Assembly: GCA_001784875.1 (NCBI GenBank)
Contig: MFSH01000023.1
Span: 33,969-97,968 of the forward strand
From: Candidatus Moranbacteria bacterium RIFOXYB1_FULL_43_19
GTDB taxonomy: Bacteria; Patescibacteriota; Minisyncoccia; Moranbacterales; UBA11712
DNA length: 64,000 bases
Direction of reading: 5' to 3'
Of this stretch, positions 30,208 through 40,548 are shown piece by piece (the stretch's first letter is position 1; every line of letters starts with the position of its first letter). Made by a program: the position numbers and the translations under genes. Under the pieces are notes generated by a model. It searched no databases. It was not told the DNA's origin and saw only the letters and a list, made by a program, of their open reading frames with translations.

Positions 30208-30951
30208 TCAGCCGATGATGATCATAACTTTTCTTCCTGTGTCCACATTTCCTCCGTTCCAGTCGTGAACGGCGTTCAGCAGCACCTCCGGTTTATAAAC
30301 ATAATCAGCGCCTTTCCTGGTTCCCGGATCGTTGGTGATCAAGTTGCCGCTTTTCGTGTAGCCTTTTACGACCAGCATATGGTATAGCGGGCCGGGCTGG
30401 CGGTAGTTGGGGTTTCCAATCTCTCTTCCGGCCAGGGGCAATATCACGGCCTTTCCTTCCGCCAAGGCCTTTTTTATTTCTTCGGAGTTGGGATCAGAAA
30501 TAGTTTTCACGTTCGCGAGTCCGAAATAATCCCGCAGAATGAGAGCCGTTTCTTCAATGTTCGTATCTTCATAATAGCCGAATTTTGTTTCTTCGAAATT
30601 TTTGATGGCGAGCATTTTTGCGTCCGCATCATCGGGGCCCGCGATGACCTTGCCTTTGACATAGCTGGCCGCCATCAGGACAGAAGCCTCTTCGCAAAAT
30701 TGCTGGTAAGGCAAATCCCAATTTTGGTGCGGAGCTTGGGAAGTGAATGGAATGGCAAGATTCACTTCAGCAGGCAGAGCTGCCTCCGGTTCGGACGGAG
30801 CCTGGTTTTGAGCCTGGGATGAAGCGGTGGAATTATAGGATTGAGCCGGAGGCATAGGAATTGCCTCTGGCTTTTTTTTAGACATCACAAAAAATATTCC
30901 AGCCAAAAACGGGAACGCGATCAGGATCAAAGTTATTCGGAGTCTTCGCAT
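30208..30951 (-). CDS. secreted C39-like putative peptidase, paralog of 28110..28853
   Basis: IPFTSQAPHQNW..QQFCEEASVLMA and ITNDPGT; same length (247 aa), convergent with murJ. Confidence 0.55.
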   Translation of the reverse strand: MRRLRITLILIAFPFLAGIFFVMSKKKPEAIPMPPAQSYNSTASSQAQNQAPSEPEAALPAEVNLAIPFTSQAPHQNWDLPYQQFCEEASVLMAASYVKGKVIAGPDDADAKMLAIKNFEETKFGYYEDTNIEETALILRDYFGLANVKTISDPNSEEIKKALAEGKAVILPLAGREIGNPNYRQPGPLYHMLVVKGYTKSGNLITNDPGTRKGADYVYKPEVLLNAVHDWNGGNVDTGRKVMIIIG

Positions 30952-31077
30952 GAGATTGATATGTTATCAAAACTCCTGTAATTCATCAACCCAGCCACTC
31001 TCTCAACCACAAAAGCGGCATTTATACAGTTAATACTATTTTATTTCCTTTTATTATTCAATCATATTACGAAACCG

Positions 31078-31643
31078 CTAAATATTTTCACTCCTACCTT
31101 TGATCACTTTGCGAGCCCTGTTTGATTTCTCCAAAATTTTTCTTTCCTCCTCGCCGGCAGTGTCGCTGACTGATCTTCTCTTTTTTTCGTCCTGAAAGCC
31201 CTTGATCATTCTGACGAGCTCCACGGGATGCTTTTTCCCCATATTTCCCGAAAACACGGCCTTGATCATCCGCTCTTTTATTCTCCCGCCCGTGACGGCT
31301 ACCAAAACCGAGGGAATGATGTCTTTTGGGGAAAATATATATGCGGCATTGACTTTTTTTTGAGCCGCCAAAGAGTTTAATTTTTTTCAAGATTTTTCAA
31401 AAATTTGGCTTTTAAATATTCTTTCTCGTCTTTGAGCGACGATCCGGAGCCATAAACCAGGCCGTGTCCCGCCCTCAAGAAAAAACCTTCGCGGTCGGAA
31501 TAGGGCTCCAGCTTGACGTCAAAACCGCCCGCCTTGGCCAACATGCCTTTGCGGGCAAAATAAAAAGTCCCGTTTTTCCGTCCTAAAACGATTATGAGAG
31601 CGTTTTCCTTTTCAAATTGCGGCAGGGGCTGGGGGATCTTCAT
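31078..31643 (-). CDS. split ORF (two frames; 88 aa + 97 aa) joinable by a -1 shift on an A7 run; possible programmed frameshift or indel; product unknown (tentatively eRF1-fold/host-attachment-like)
   Basis: Upstream ORF ends GAA AAA AAT TAA; -1 re-reading on A7 gives ..EKK LNS LAA QKK.. continuous with downstream ORF, which otherwise needs a TTG start. Confidence 0.45.
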
Positions 31644-31728
31644 ACAGATATACTACAAAATGGAACAGTATTTCTTTGTATGAAATCCTAAGGTTCGACT
31701 TTAGGAAAGATTAGACTTTAGGAAAAAT

Positions 31729-32679
31729 TTGGCAAGCACAGATATTATCGCTTGGATCACGGGCGGCTACGGGAAATATTTTCTGTCCCCATGGTGTATT
31801 GTTATTGTATGGATGTATAAGCTTTCAACCATTCAGATGAATGAGGAAAATCAAAAAAATCAAGGTCAGTCGGCTGACAAGGGAAATTCCGGGATAAAAA
31901 ATTACGGGTGGCTCGCCGCGGCTGTAATAATCGCCGCAATTCTTGGCGGTTATTTCATTTTTCGCAATGACATCCGGAACATGGATCAACTGCCGGACAA
32001 TGTCACGCTCAAAAATGAAACGACGGGCGAGACGGAAACAATCATTTTTGAAAATCCGAAAAAATCCGCGCATTACGAAGGCAATACCCCTTCTCACGGC
32101 GATAAACTTGCCGGAGTTCCGATCAACGTGGTGATTGATTTTAATTTTGATCTCGCGTCTCCTTCGGCGATATCGGTCAAAATGAACGGAAAAGAATACG
32201 GAATCGGAGAAACGATAATTGACACGAACAAATTGTCTATGCGAAAAAAAATGGATCCCGATTCTCCGGACGGTCTCTATGACGTGGCCCATAACGCCTG
32301 TTGGCCTGACGGATCATGCCATGACGGGAAATTCCAGTTTGCGATCGACAGGTCAGGCGCCGGAGATTTTGCGGATCTTCGCGGGCAAAAAGAGGTGATG
32401 ATAAAAATGAAAAATATCGCTTTCGAACCGGGAGAAATCATCATCAGCCCGGGGACCGTCGTGACTTGGGTGCAGGAAGACGACGCGGAGCATTTCGTGA
32501 ACACGGAAACACATCCGGCCCATACCTATTTTCCGGCACAAAATTCCCGCGGTCTCAAGCTCGGCGACACTTTCTCGACGACATTTGAAAAGCCGGGAAT
32601 ATATCCCTACCATTGCAGCGCCCACGCGAGTGTCATGACCGGAACGATTCTGGTGATCTCCCCCGAAGTCGAAGTTTAG
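31729..32679 (+). CDS. membrane-anchored protein with C-terminal cupredoxin (plastocyanin/azurin-like) domain
   Basis: Type-1 Cu ligands H (ETHPAH)...YHCSAHASVM (C-x2-H-x3-M); N-terminal TM; start may be internal (MNEEN at 31837). Confidence 0.7.
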   Translation: MASTDIIAWITGGYGKYFLSPWCIVIVWMYKLSTIQMNEENQKNQGQSADKGNSGIKNYGWLAAAVIIAAILGGYFIFRNDIRNMDQLPDNVTLKNETTGETETIIFENPKKSAHYEGNTPSHGDKLAGVPINVVIDFNFDLASPSAISVKMNGKEYGIGETIIDTNKLSMRKKMDPDSPDGLYDVAHNACWPDGSCHDGKFQFAIDRSGAGDFADLRGQKEVMIKMKNIAFEPGEIIISPGTVVTWVQEDDAEHFVNTETHPAHTYFPAQNSRGLKLGDTFSTTFEKPGIYPYHCSAHASVMTGTILVISPEVEV

Positions 32680-32880
32680 GAATGTTTTTTATTTTTTTAA
32701 AGTCCTTAAAAAAAGCCTCTATTTCGTTTATTCCATCACTCCTCAAATTTTGGGCGAGGGCGGAAGTGAAAAAACCGCCCTTTCGAGCGGTTTTCGAGAT
32801 ACTGTCTGAAAAGTAAAGGAACCCCAAACCACAAATTGGGTGTGATTTTTGCATAAAATTAGATAATTTTTTTAGGCTGG

Positions 32881-33282
32881 TCACATCGCCGCAGCGGGCT
32901 CGAGCATGCCGACGCGGTTTCCTTCAGTATCGGAAAAAGATATATAAAGCCCGACGCCGGGTATATCCATCTGCTCGCCGAGTATTTTTCCGCCGGCTTC
33001 CTCAACTTTTTTGATATGCTCCTTCAAACTGTCCACGCTTATCACCACCGAGGGATATTGCGACACTTTGTCATCAGTTCTTTGATAAAAGCCGCCATTG
33101 ATGGCGCCAGGCTTTTGCAGCATGCCTTTCTTGTCGGTCTCGGCGGTCGTCGCAAGAACATATTCTCCCATTTCGGGGCCGAGTTGTTGGATTTTCCATC
33201 CGAATGTCTTGGCATAAAAATCGGACATGCGCTTTTTGTCATCGGCCGGCATTTCAAAATGGACAACTGGATTCATTTTCAT
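32881..33282 (-). CDS. VOC family (glyoxalase/bleomycin-resistance fold) protein
   Basis: VHFEMPADD..FYAKTFGW N-terminus and paired beta-alpha-beta-beta-beta modules, 133 aa. Confidence 0.7.
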   Translation of the reverse strand: MKMNPVVHFEMPADDKKRMSDFYAKTFGWKIQQLGPEMGEYVLATTAETDKKGMLQKPGAINGGFYQRTDDKVSQYPSVVISVDSLKEHIKKVEEAGGKILGEQMDIPGVGLYISFSDTEGNRVGMLEPAAAM

Positions 33283-33354
33283 GGTATTTTATTTAGAAAT
33301 TAAAAATAATCTTGATTTTAGGCCCTGAGCAGAAAAAATATTCGCTTTATACAT

Positions 33355-33732
33355 TTATTTTTCAACGATAGCCTTGAAACCGCCGTAGGCCATCCGTTTC
33401 ATTTCAAAAGGCATCGGCATATCCTTCATCTTCGGGTCATTCATCAGCGGGTCTTGCATCACTTTGGCGTTTACTTGGTCGCGATGCTTGCGCGATTTGA
33501 AAGTGATGAAAGAGAATACAACCGTCTCGTCTGGTTTTGCCTTGGTTATCCTCGGAAAAGTCAGAAACTTCATTCCCATTGATTTGGGATTAAGATCTTC
33601 GCCGACCGCCTCAATATACTCGAGCGCGCCGTATTTTTTCCACACCTTTGCCCCCATTTGGGCCATTTTGAGATAGCTTGCGATATTTTTCTTCGGGATC
33701 GGAAGCACAAACCCGTCAACATACTTGGCCAT
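33355..33732 (-). CDS. DUF1428 family protein
   Basis: MAKYVDGFVLPIPKKNIASY start typical of DUF1428; ORF track N-terminal extension rejected. Confidence 0.6.
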   Translation of the reverse strand: MAKYVDGFVLPIPKKNIASYLKMAQMGAKVWKKYGALEYIEAVGEDLNPKSMGMKFLTFPRITKAKPDETVVFSFITFKSRKHRDQVNAKVMQDPLMNDPKMKDMPMPFEMKRMAYGGFKAIVEK

Positions 33733-33832
33733 AGTTCTGTTCTTAAAAATTATCCTCATGTCGATTAATACAAAAAACCAAGCGGGATATTTCAGTTTAC
33801 CCGAAATGAGGAAAATATGTTTCAAGCCCCGG

Positions 33833-35050
33833 TTACTTTGCCAATATCCTATTAATCGCGTCCTCGTCTCGGCAGCCGTAAGCGTTGTCGGGGGAATAAT
33901 ATCTTTTTTTGGGGCCGTAGCAGCCGCCATTGTCCTTGTCCAGGACGCCGAAATATGGCATCAGAAATCCCATATTCTGCGAAGTGAATTTTCGGTGGAG
34001 CTTCTGGAGCGTCTCGGCTCTTTTTTGGGGGCTCATGCGGGCGAAAATGTCGAGGTCGTCGGATTTGATTCCGGTCCAGTCAAGATGAAGAAGGACATTT
34101 TTTGCATTTGCGGAAAAATTCTTGTGCCAAAGCAGCGCCCAGCAGGAACCTTTCTTGGAAAGACAGGGGCCATTTTCGACATTTCCGTTTTCGTCAATGC
34201 CGACGCCACCCTCGATGTAGTCGAAAATTTTCAAATATTTCGGGTCAGTGATCGATCCGGTCTGGGCGCCAATCACCACGTCGACTCCTTTTTTCTTGGC
34301 ATAAGCGCGGATTTTTTTCACGATTTGGGGCGCGTATTTCCGATTTGAACTTTCCTGCATATATATTTGTCCAAAAGTGAAGCTTTGGATTCCCGTATCA
34401 ATCGCCCGCCGGGTGATGTATTTTAGGTAATCGCGGTATTCAGCGCTGGAAAAAGTCGGGACGCAAGTGTGTTCACCCCAGTGATTCAGCGTATCCCGGT
34501 GGCACATTTTGCGGAAGCGAAAGTAGTGGCCACTTGAGGCGTTTTGATAATTGTCGTTCGTGTCCAAAGCTTCGGCGATAAACATGCCGTAGACAACATC
34601 TTCCCTGGTAATTCGATTCATCACATTGTTGATCACTTCAAAGCGCGGCGGTTGGCGCCAGGTTTCAATGGCCCGGTGGAAATAGTAGCAGTTCGAGCGG
34701 TTGATGAGGCCAATGAACTGGTCGCTGTCGGGATTATATTGTGAAAGAAGCCCGTCGGCGACGCAGCCTTCTTTCTTGACGCGGTTCATCGAAACGGGCG
34801 GAGGAGGCGGCTTTTCTTCACCGATTCCGGGAAGAGGCGGAATAGAAATTTCTTCAGGGGCTGGAGTAGGAAATTTCTCTTCGGGAATAGGGATCGGCTT
34901 GGCAGGAACTGGTTTTTCCGCTTTTTGCCTTGCCCAAAAAAGCCCACCGAAAACAATTCCAGCCATGACAAATGCGGACAAAAAAAACCAAACCTTTTTC
35001 CTTTTCCCCCTGATTTTAAAGATGAACATGAGCTTGCGCTTGGAGCGCAA
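33833..35050 (-). CDS. membrane-anchored secreted hypothetical protein with Pro-rich linker
   Basis: N-terminal TM, PxPxPEEK..PPPPPV linker, ~300-aa globular domain with several Cys; no family recognised. Confidence 0.5.
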   Translation of the reverse strand: MRSKRKLMFIFKIRGKRKKVWFFLSAFVMAGIVFGGLFWARQKAEKPVPAKPIPIPEEKFPTPAPEEISIPPLPGIGEEKPPPPPVSMNRVKKEGCVADGLLSQYNPDSDQFIGLINRSNCYYFHRAIETWRQPPRFEVINNVMNRITREDVVYGMFIAEALDTNDNYQNASSGHYFRFRKMCHRDTLNHWGEHTCVPTFSSAEYRDYLKYITRRAIDTGIQSFTFGQIYMQESSNRKYAPQIVKKIRAYAKKKGVDVVIGAQTGSITDPKYLKIFDYIEGGVGIDENGNVENGPCLSKKGSCWALLWHKNFSANAKNVLLHLDWTGIKSDDLDIFARMSPQKRAETLQKLHRKFTSQNMGFLMPYFGVLDKDNGGCYGPKKRYYSPDNAYGCRDEDAINRILAK

Positions 35051-35354
35051 CTGCTATTACGCTTTAGCGCCGTGACTTTTTATATCTCTCAAGCAGATTG
35101 AGATTTGATTTTATCATATAAAGGGAGATAAAAAAAGAGAAAAAATTTCAAGGCGATCTTTCCTAAAATTAGACTTTGAAAGCGCGAAGCACGAACCGTG
35201 AGAAAAGAATTACGTAGCATGCTACGTAACACCGCCTTAAACAAAAACCGCTGGCAAGGGAGCATTTTCATAGTTTTGAAGGTTAATTGTTACACATATT
35301 ACTACCCGGAAATCTATCCTAAGATCGGATCTTAGGATAGATCTTAGGATAGAA

Positions 35355-37190
35355 TTATCTTCTTTTCCGTCCGGCTTGGACGCGCTCGTTTTCGGTGAGA
35401 AATTGTTTGCGCAGCCTCACGCTTTCGGGGGTGATTTCGAGATATTCGTCTTCGTCCATGATTTCCAGTCCCCGCTCAATCGTGAGCTTCAGAGGGGGAG
35501 TGAGATTGATGGCTTCATCGGCGCCGGACGCGCGCATATTGGTGAGCTGTTTTCCCTTGATCGGGTTCACGGCCATATCGTGGCCCTTGGAAACGTTCCC
35601 AATAACCATCCCTTCGTATACTTCGGTGGTTGGATCGATATACAGGCTTCCGCGTTCCTGAAGGTTGGCCAGCGAAAAGCCCAGCGCTTTTCCAGTGGCC
35701 ATTGAAACCATAGATCCGGTTTCCCGTTTAGCGATTTCGCCGGTGAAGGGGCGGAATTCAAGGAAACGGCTGGAAAAGATTCCTTCCCCCCGGGTATCAA
35801 TCATGAACTGCCCGCGATAACCCAAAATGCCTCGGGTGGGAATTTCAAAAATCATCCTGACCTGGCTTCCGCGCTGTTCCATTTGCGTCATCAATCCTTT
35901 TCTTTTTCCGAGTGTTTCAATGATCACCCCCGATGATTTTTCGGGCACGTCAATCGTCACTTCTTCAAAAGGCTCAAGCTTTTTCCCGTCTTCTTCTTTA
36001 ATAATCACTTGGGGCTGGGAAATCTGGAGCTCATATCCTTCGCGGCGCATATTCTCAAGAAGAATGGCGATATGAAGTTCGCCTCGGCCGAAGACTTTAT
36101 AATATTCTGGTCCGCCAGCCGGCCCGCCAGAAATGCTTTGCGCAGCAATGCGGGCTGGTGGATTAAAATCAATTTTGAGGCCGACATTCACTTCGAGTTC
36201 CTTTTTGAGGCGCTCTTTGATTTGCTTCGTCGTCACGAATTTTCCTTCGCGCCCGGCAAAAGGCGAGTCATTGACCAAAAAATTAAGAGAAATTGTCGGC
36301 TCATCAATTTTGATGGCCGGAAGCGGCGCTTGTTCTTCGTTTTCACAAATTGTTTCGCCGATATCAATGTCCGGGAGGCCCGCGACCATCACTATGTCTC
36401 CAGCCAGAGCTTCCGAAACTTCTTTTTTGGCAAGCCCTTCAAAAGTGAACATTTTGATTATTTTCCCTTTACGGGTTTCTCCGTTAGGTTTCCGAACAAA
36501 AGCTTCGCCATTTTTGATAGTTCCTTCTTGCACTCGGCCGATGGCCAATCTCCCGAGAAAATTATCATAAGCAAGACTAAAAGGCTGGAAGCGAAAAGGG
36601 GCACTGGTATTTTGGGAGGCGGGCGGAACTTTTTTAAGAATAGTATCAAGAAGAGGAGAGAGATCTTTCGATTCGTCGTCCAAATGAATTTTGGCAATGC
36701 CATCCCGGCCGATAGAGTAGACCGTTTCAAAATCAAGCTGTTCGTCTGTCGCACCCAGATCAAGAAAAAGTTCAAAAACTTTTTCCTGGGCCATTTCTGG
36801 CTCAGCCGCCGGCTTGTCGATTTTGTTGATGACAACAATGGGTTTCAGCCCCAGCTCAAGAGATTTTTTGAGAACGAACCGAGTTTGAGGCATGGGTCCT
36901 TCCTGGGCGTCAACGACCAAAAGGACGCTGTCAATTGAGCGGAGAACCCGCTCCACTTCAGAACCAAAATCAGCGTGTCCGGGCGTGTCCACGATGTTGA
37001 TTTTCGTTCCTTTGTAAAATACAGAAGTATTTTTGGAATAAATTGTGATGCCGCGCTCTTTTTCAAGGGCGTCAGAGTCCATGGTCGCGGCTTCATCTTT
37101 TTCCATTCCGGTCTGGCGCATGATGGCGTCGGTGATGGTCGTCTTTCCATGGTCCACATGGGCAATAATGGCGATGTTTCTGATTTCCAT
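35355..37190 (-). CDS. typA: translational GTPase TypA/BipA
   Basis: [27 protein letters not shown]-motifs, EF-G-like domain order; start taken at MEIRNIA. Confidence 0.9.
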   Translation of the reverse strand: MEIRNIAIIAHVDHGKTTITDAIMRQTGMEKDEAATMDSDALEKERGITIYSKNTSVFYKGTKINIVDTPGHADFGSEVERVLRSIDSVLLVVDAQEGPMPQTRFVLKKSLELGLKPIVVINKIDKPAAEPEMAQEKVFELFLDLGATDEQLDFETVYSIGRDGIAKIHLDDESKDLSPLLDTILKKVPPASQNTSAPFRFQPFSLAYDNFLGRLAIGRVQEGTIKNGEAFVRKPNGETRKGKIIKMFTFEGLAKKEVSEALAGDIVMVAGLPDIDIGETICENEEQAPLPAIKIDEPTISLNFLVNDSPFAGREGKFVTTKQIKERLKKELEVNVGLKIDFNPPARIAAQSISGGPAGGPEYYKVFGRGELHIAILLENMRREGYELQISQPQVIIKEEDGKKLEPFEEVTIDVPEKSSGVIIETLGKRKGLMTQMEQRGSQVRMIFEIPTRGILGYRGQFMIDTRGEGIFSSRFLEFRPFTGEIAKRETGSMVSMATGKALGFSLANLQERGSLYIDPTTEVYEGMVIGNVSKGHDMAVNPIKGKQLTNMRASGADEAINLTPPLKLTIERGLEIMDEDEYLEITPESVRLRKQFLTENERVQAGRKRR

Positions 37191-37214
37191 TTGGCTAAAA
37201 AACAAAATCTGCTA

Positions 37215-37392
37215 AAGAGCCTGTTTTCAAAGTCCGTATTCTGCCGCAATCTCATAATTTCGGCTGCAAACAACTTATCGCTTGTCGGCGTATGCTCTGC
37301 ATATGCCTCCTCGCGCTTCATTGTTTTCGCTCGAAATTATAAAATTTCGCGACGAAAGAGACTTCAAAAACAGGCTCTAAGGAGCAGAAAGT
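37215..37392. repeat. ~178-bp element bounded by 22-nt inverted repeats (MITE-like or structured leader) between cspA and typA
   Basis: GCTAAAGAGCCTGTTTTCAAAGTC ... GACTTCAAAAACAGGCTCTAAGGAGC. Confidence 0.35.
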
Positions 37393-37434
37393 GATTATTT
37401 ACTGCAATTATAATACGTTATTTATATACCCAAA

Positions 37435-37466
37435 ATTCAGTCTTGTCAAAAAACAACCCCGACGTC
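37435..37466 (-). terminator. rho-independent terminator after cspA
   Basis: minus strand CCCCGACacgacGTCGGGG followed by TTGTTTTTTG. Confidence 0.55.
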
Positions 37467-37489
37467 GTGTCGGGGCTGCTTCAATTTGA

Positions 37490-37690
37490 CTAGACTCGTT
37501 TCACTTGAGTCGCGTTTGGCCCCTTCGGGCTTTCGCTGACTTCAAACTCAACTTTGTCGCCTTCTTTCAGATCATTGAACTCAACACCTTGGAGTTCGTT
37601 GGAGTGGAAGAAAAGATCCTTGTCACTGCCTTCCTGGGCAATGAATCCGAATCCGCGGTCAGTCAACCGCTTGATAGTTCCTTGTGCCAT
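37490..37690 (-). CDS. cspA: cold-shock protein (CspA family)
   Basis: GTIKRLTDRGFGFI RNP1-like motif, 66 aa. Confidence 0.9.
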   Translation of the reverse strand: MAQGTIKRLTDRGFGFIAQEGSDKDLFFHSNELQGVEFNDLKEGDKVEFEVSESPKGPNATQVKRV

Positions 37691-37916
37691 TCTTGTGTAT
37701 AGATTATTTAAATGGGTCGCGATGCAAATTTAAGAGTTCGACTACGCTACAATTGCTCGCTCCATAACGCCATAAGCATAACATTTTGGGGGATTTTGTC
37801 AACAAAAGAGCTTTGTCCCCTGTCCCACGCGGGAATTTTGTGGAATAATAGAAGTAATGGAGCGTAAAAAAATTTCGCTGGTTATTCTTGAAATGGGGTT
37901 TTGAAAAAAACAAAAA

Positions 37917-39236
37917 ATGAAAAATACAATCAAGCTTTTTAGCATCATTATTTTTTCAGCTACTTTTCCCTGGCACTGCTTTGCGATTGACAGCTGGCCG
38001 GGAGGGGCGGGGACGACAATTGCGACATTGTCCGAGCCAAGCGGGATAGTTTGGCACGAGGGAAGGCAATCGATTTTCGTGGTTGAGGATAGTGGGACTC
38101 TCAAAGAAATTAACTCAACGGGAACTACGCTAAATACCTGGCCGTTGGCCGGCAATCCTGATCTTGAAGGAATCACTCTTGCGGAAAATGACCGTTATCT
38201 CTATATCGGCGTCGAAAATCCGGATAGTATCGCGGAATTTGATCTGGGAGCTGAATCACTTACTGGAAAATCATGGGATCTCACGTCCTGGATGGCAAGC
38301 GCGGACCCTAATCAGGGACTTGAAGGCCTTACTTACCGGGATGGGTATTTTTATGCCGGTCTGCAGGAGAACGGAAAAATATATGTTTTCGACTTGAATC
38401 TTTCCGTGGGCGGCGACGTCGATTATGTCGAAACCATCACGCCCTATGCAAGCTATTCCGACATTTCCGGTATAGACTATAATTCAGATACCGGGATTAC
38501 TTATGCCATATTTGATTCAGCGAACGCGCTGCTGGAACTCAACGCGGCCGACGGGATAGTCGAACACTATTCTCTTCCGGACAGTGCCCAGCAGGAAGGT
38601 ATCGCGATTAAAACGAATTGTCTATCCCGCACAGCCGATGTGTACATCGCCAATGACGACAGTGGACAAGTGGTGAAATACGCAAGTTACCCGATCACTT
38701 GCCTTGATGCCGACTCGGACGGCGTTTCCTATGCGACGGATTGCAACGATTATGACGCGGCTGTTTCGTCCAATCAAACCTACTACCGAGACGTGGACAG
38801 CGACGGACTGGGGGACGCATATACAACTTCACAAGTTTGTTCCCTCGCCGCGCCAGAGGGTTATGTTGCAAACTCGAGCGATCCGGCCGATATTTTTTCG
38901 AGCGGCAGCAAGATGTATGCCAACGGAAACTATCATGACTTTTTCACAATCGATCCGACAACGGTTGAATATACAGACCTCAACTTTTTCGGCGACGACT
39001 GGCGTGAAATCATCGCCGTTGGGCTCGTTTCAAAAAGAGCTTACATAACTTTTGCCCGGGTACGGGGGAGCGAGGTCGCAGTGACGAAAAGAGTGCGAGT
39101 GAAAATAAAAAGAAAGCATAAAACGGTCCAGATAGTTCCGAATTCCGCTAAAAATAAATTCACCACCCGCTTCAGTCGGGGCAAAAAATACACCTGGAAG
39201 GCGAAAAGCTCGGGTTCGTTTAAGCGGTCGAAATAA
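37917..39236 (+). CDS. secreted beta-propeller protein (YjiK/SdiA-regulated-like) with Asp-rich Ca-binding type repeats
   Basis: Signal peptide; LSEPSGIV, DLEGIT, GLEGLTY motifs; C-terminal DADSDGVSY..DVDSDGLGDAY (DxDxDG) repeats. Confidence 0.5.
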   Translation: MKNTIKLFSIIIFSATFPWHCFAIDSWPGGAGTTIATLSEPSGIVWHEGRQSIFVVEDSGTLKEINSTGTTLNTWPLAGNPDLEGITLAENDRYLYIGVENPDSIAEFDLGAESLTGKSWDLTSWMASADPNQGLEGLTYRDGYFYAGLQENGKIYVFDLNLSVGGDVDYVETITPYASYSDISGIDYNSDTGITYAIFDSANALLELNAADGIVEHYSLPDSAQQEGIAIKTNCLSRTADVYIANDDSGQVVKYASYPITCLDADSDGVSYATDCNDYDAAVSSNQTYYRDVDSDGLGDAYTTSQVCSLAAPEGYVANSSDPADIFSSGSKMYANGNYHDFFTIDPTTVEYTDLNFFGDDWREIIAVGLVSKRAYITFARVRGSEVAVTKRVRVKIKRKHKTVQIVPNSAKNKFTTRFSRGKKYTWKAKSSGSFKRSK

Positions 39237-39291
39237 ACCGTTTTTCCAAGATAAGTCCTGTTTGGGATAAATCATATTTTCACTTCCGCTT

Positions 39292-39320
39292 AAAAAACCG
39301 CTAATTCAAGGCGGTTTTTG
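39292..39320. terminator. bidirectional rho-independent terminator
   Basis: AAAAAACCGCtaattcaagGCGGTTTTTG. Confidence 0.55.
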
Positions 39321-39663
39321 AAAACAAACTTGCTTTTCACTCTGCCCGACGAGAAAGTGGCCGCTTTCCGGATTGAAGGCTAGCTCCTTTTCCATTTTCC
39401 GCCGTAATGATTTTGAGGCATTTTCTGCGCCTCATCTTCGATTCCGGGATTAAGAAGTGCCAAAACCTAGCCTTGTATATCTTCGCTCCCGCGGCAATAT
39501 TCGAACCGGATCGGTCACTCGATAAAAAATACAAGAGGGTATGTTTGAAAAATTCCTTATAGATAGTGAAAAGGGTCAATTTTTTCTTGATAAAAATGTG
39601 ATGCAAATAATAATTTTAAAAGGCCGGAGGATCTCCGACCTTTTTGCTATCTCTGTTGCTGCT

Positions 39664-39921
39664 TCATTTCGGCAAATTCTCTTCCCCCCATTCCTCAATC
39701 AGTTTCTTCGCCTCCTCCGCTTGGCTATGTGATTCAACGAGAATGGTTAGGATTTGATATCCCCTCGCGCTCCATCCGTAATCTTTATTGACGCGAAGAT
39801 TGTTATGCGCTAAGAAAGCCTCGAATTCGTGTTTGCGCGGATCGTTGTGCCGCGGTATAAGATTTACTTTCAGTTCCCAGCATGCAGCGCTGTGTTGGGT
39901 TATTTCGACTTTAGCAGGCAT
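39664..39921 (-). CDS. hypothetical protein (85 aa)
   Basis: 9 nt downstream of 39931..40467, probable operon; family not recognised. Confidence 0.4.
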   Translation of the reverse strand: MPAKVEITQHSAACWELKVNLIPRHNDPRKHEFEAFLAHNNLRVNKDYGWSARGYQILTILVESHSQAEEAKKLIEEWGEENLPK

Positions 39922-39930
39922 ATTAGTCTC

Positions 39931-40467
39931 CTAGAAACTGACCGTCAATCGGCTTCTGTCAACCGCTTCAAGCTTTTCCAGATGCTCCAGAGCGTCAAAC
40001 AGGTCTTTCCCGACGCACAGGCCGCCGCGATACCATTTCAAATCACTCCTCCGATAAGTGTATCCCCTCTCTTTGAGAAGATTTTTGACCAAGACTTCGC
40101 GCAGGTTTCCGAAAGGAATTTCGTTTCCTGTTCCGACCCAGACAGCCAATCGCATTTTCTTTTTCAGTGTGTCGGAAAAATCGGGAATTTTATTTCCTTT
40201 GCCTCGCTTGGGCAGGTATTTTTTGTATGCCGGACGCAGCTTGGCCAACAGTCGCAAGGCTTTTTTATACGCCTTGTCTTCTTCGCCTTCCACGATTTTG
40301 ACTCTTGCCTCCAGAGGCCCCATCTCCTTTTCAGCGCAGGTGCTTTCAGGTTTGCCAACAAATTTGTTCGCTATTCGTTCACAAGCCATGACAAGGCTCC
40401 AGGTGAACCTGTCCATGATGCACTCGTTATGGATCCGAAGGCCCAATAGGTTCTTTATATTTTCCAT
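39931..40467 (-). CDS. hypothetical protein (178 aa)
   Basis: ORF with Lys/Arg-rich centre; no recognisable domain. Confidence 0.4.
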   Translation of the reverse strand: MENIKNLLGLRIHNECIMDRFTWSLVMACERIANKFVGKPESTCAEKEMGPLEARVKIVEGEEDKAYKKALRLLAKLRPAYKKYLPKRGKGNKIPDFSDTLKKKMRLAVWVGTGNEIPFGNLREVLVKNLLKERGYTYRRSDLKWYRGGLCVGKDLFDALEHLEKLEAVDRSRLTVSF

Positions 40468-40548
40468 CGCCCCCTCCTTGAAATGATTGCGATAGTGAAA
40501 AATAGCACGCCAAGTGCTATGTGTAAAGTTGCTCCCGGGACAGGTATC

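Noticed and set aside
39440-39530. T-arm-like GGTTCGAAT on the minus strand, suggestive of a tRNA
   Set aside because: No complementary T-stem, D-arm or acceptor pairing could be built; probably chance or a degraded fragment.
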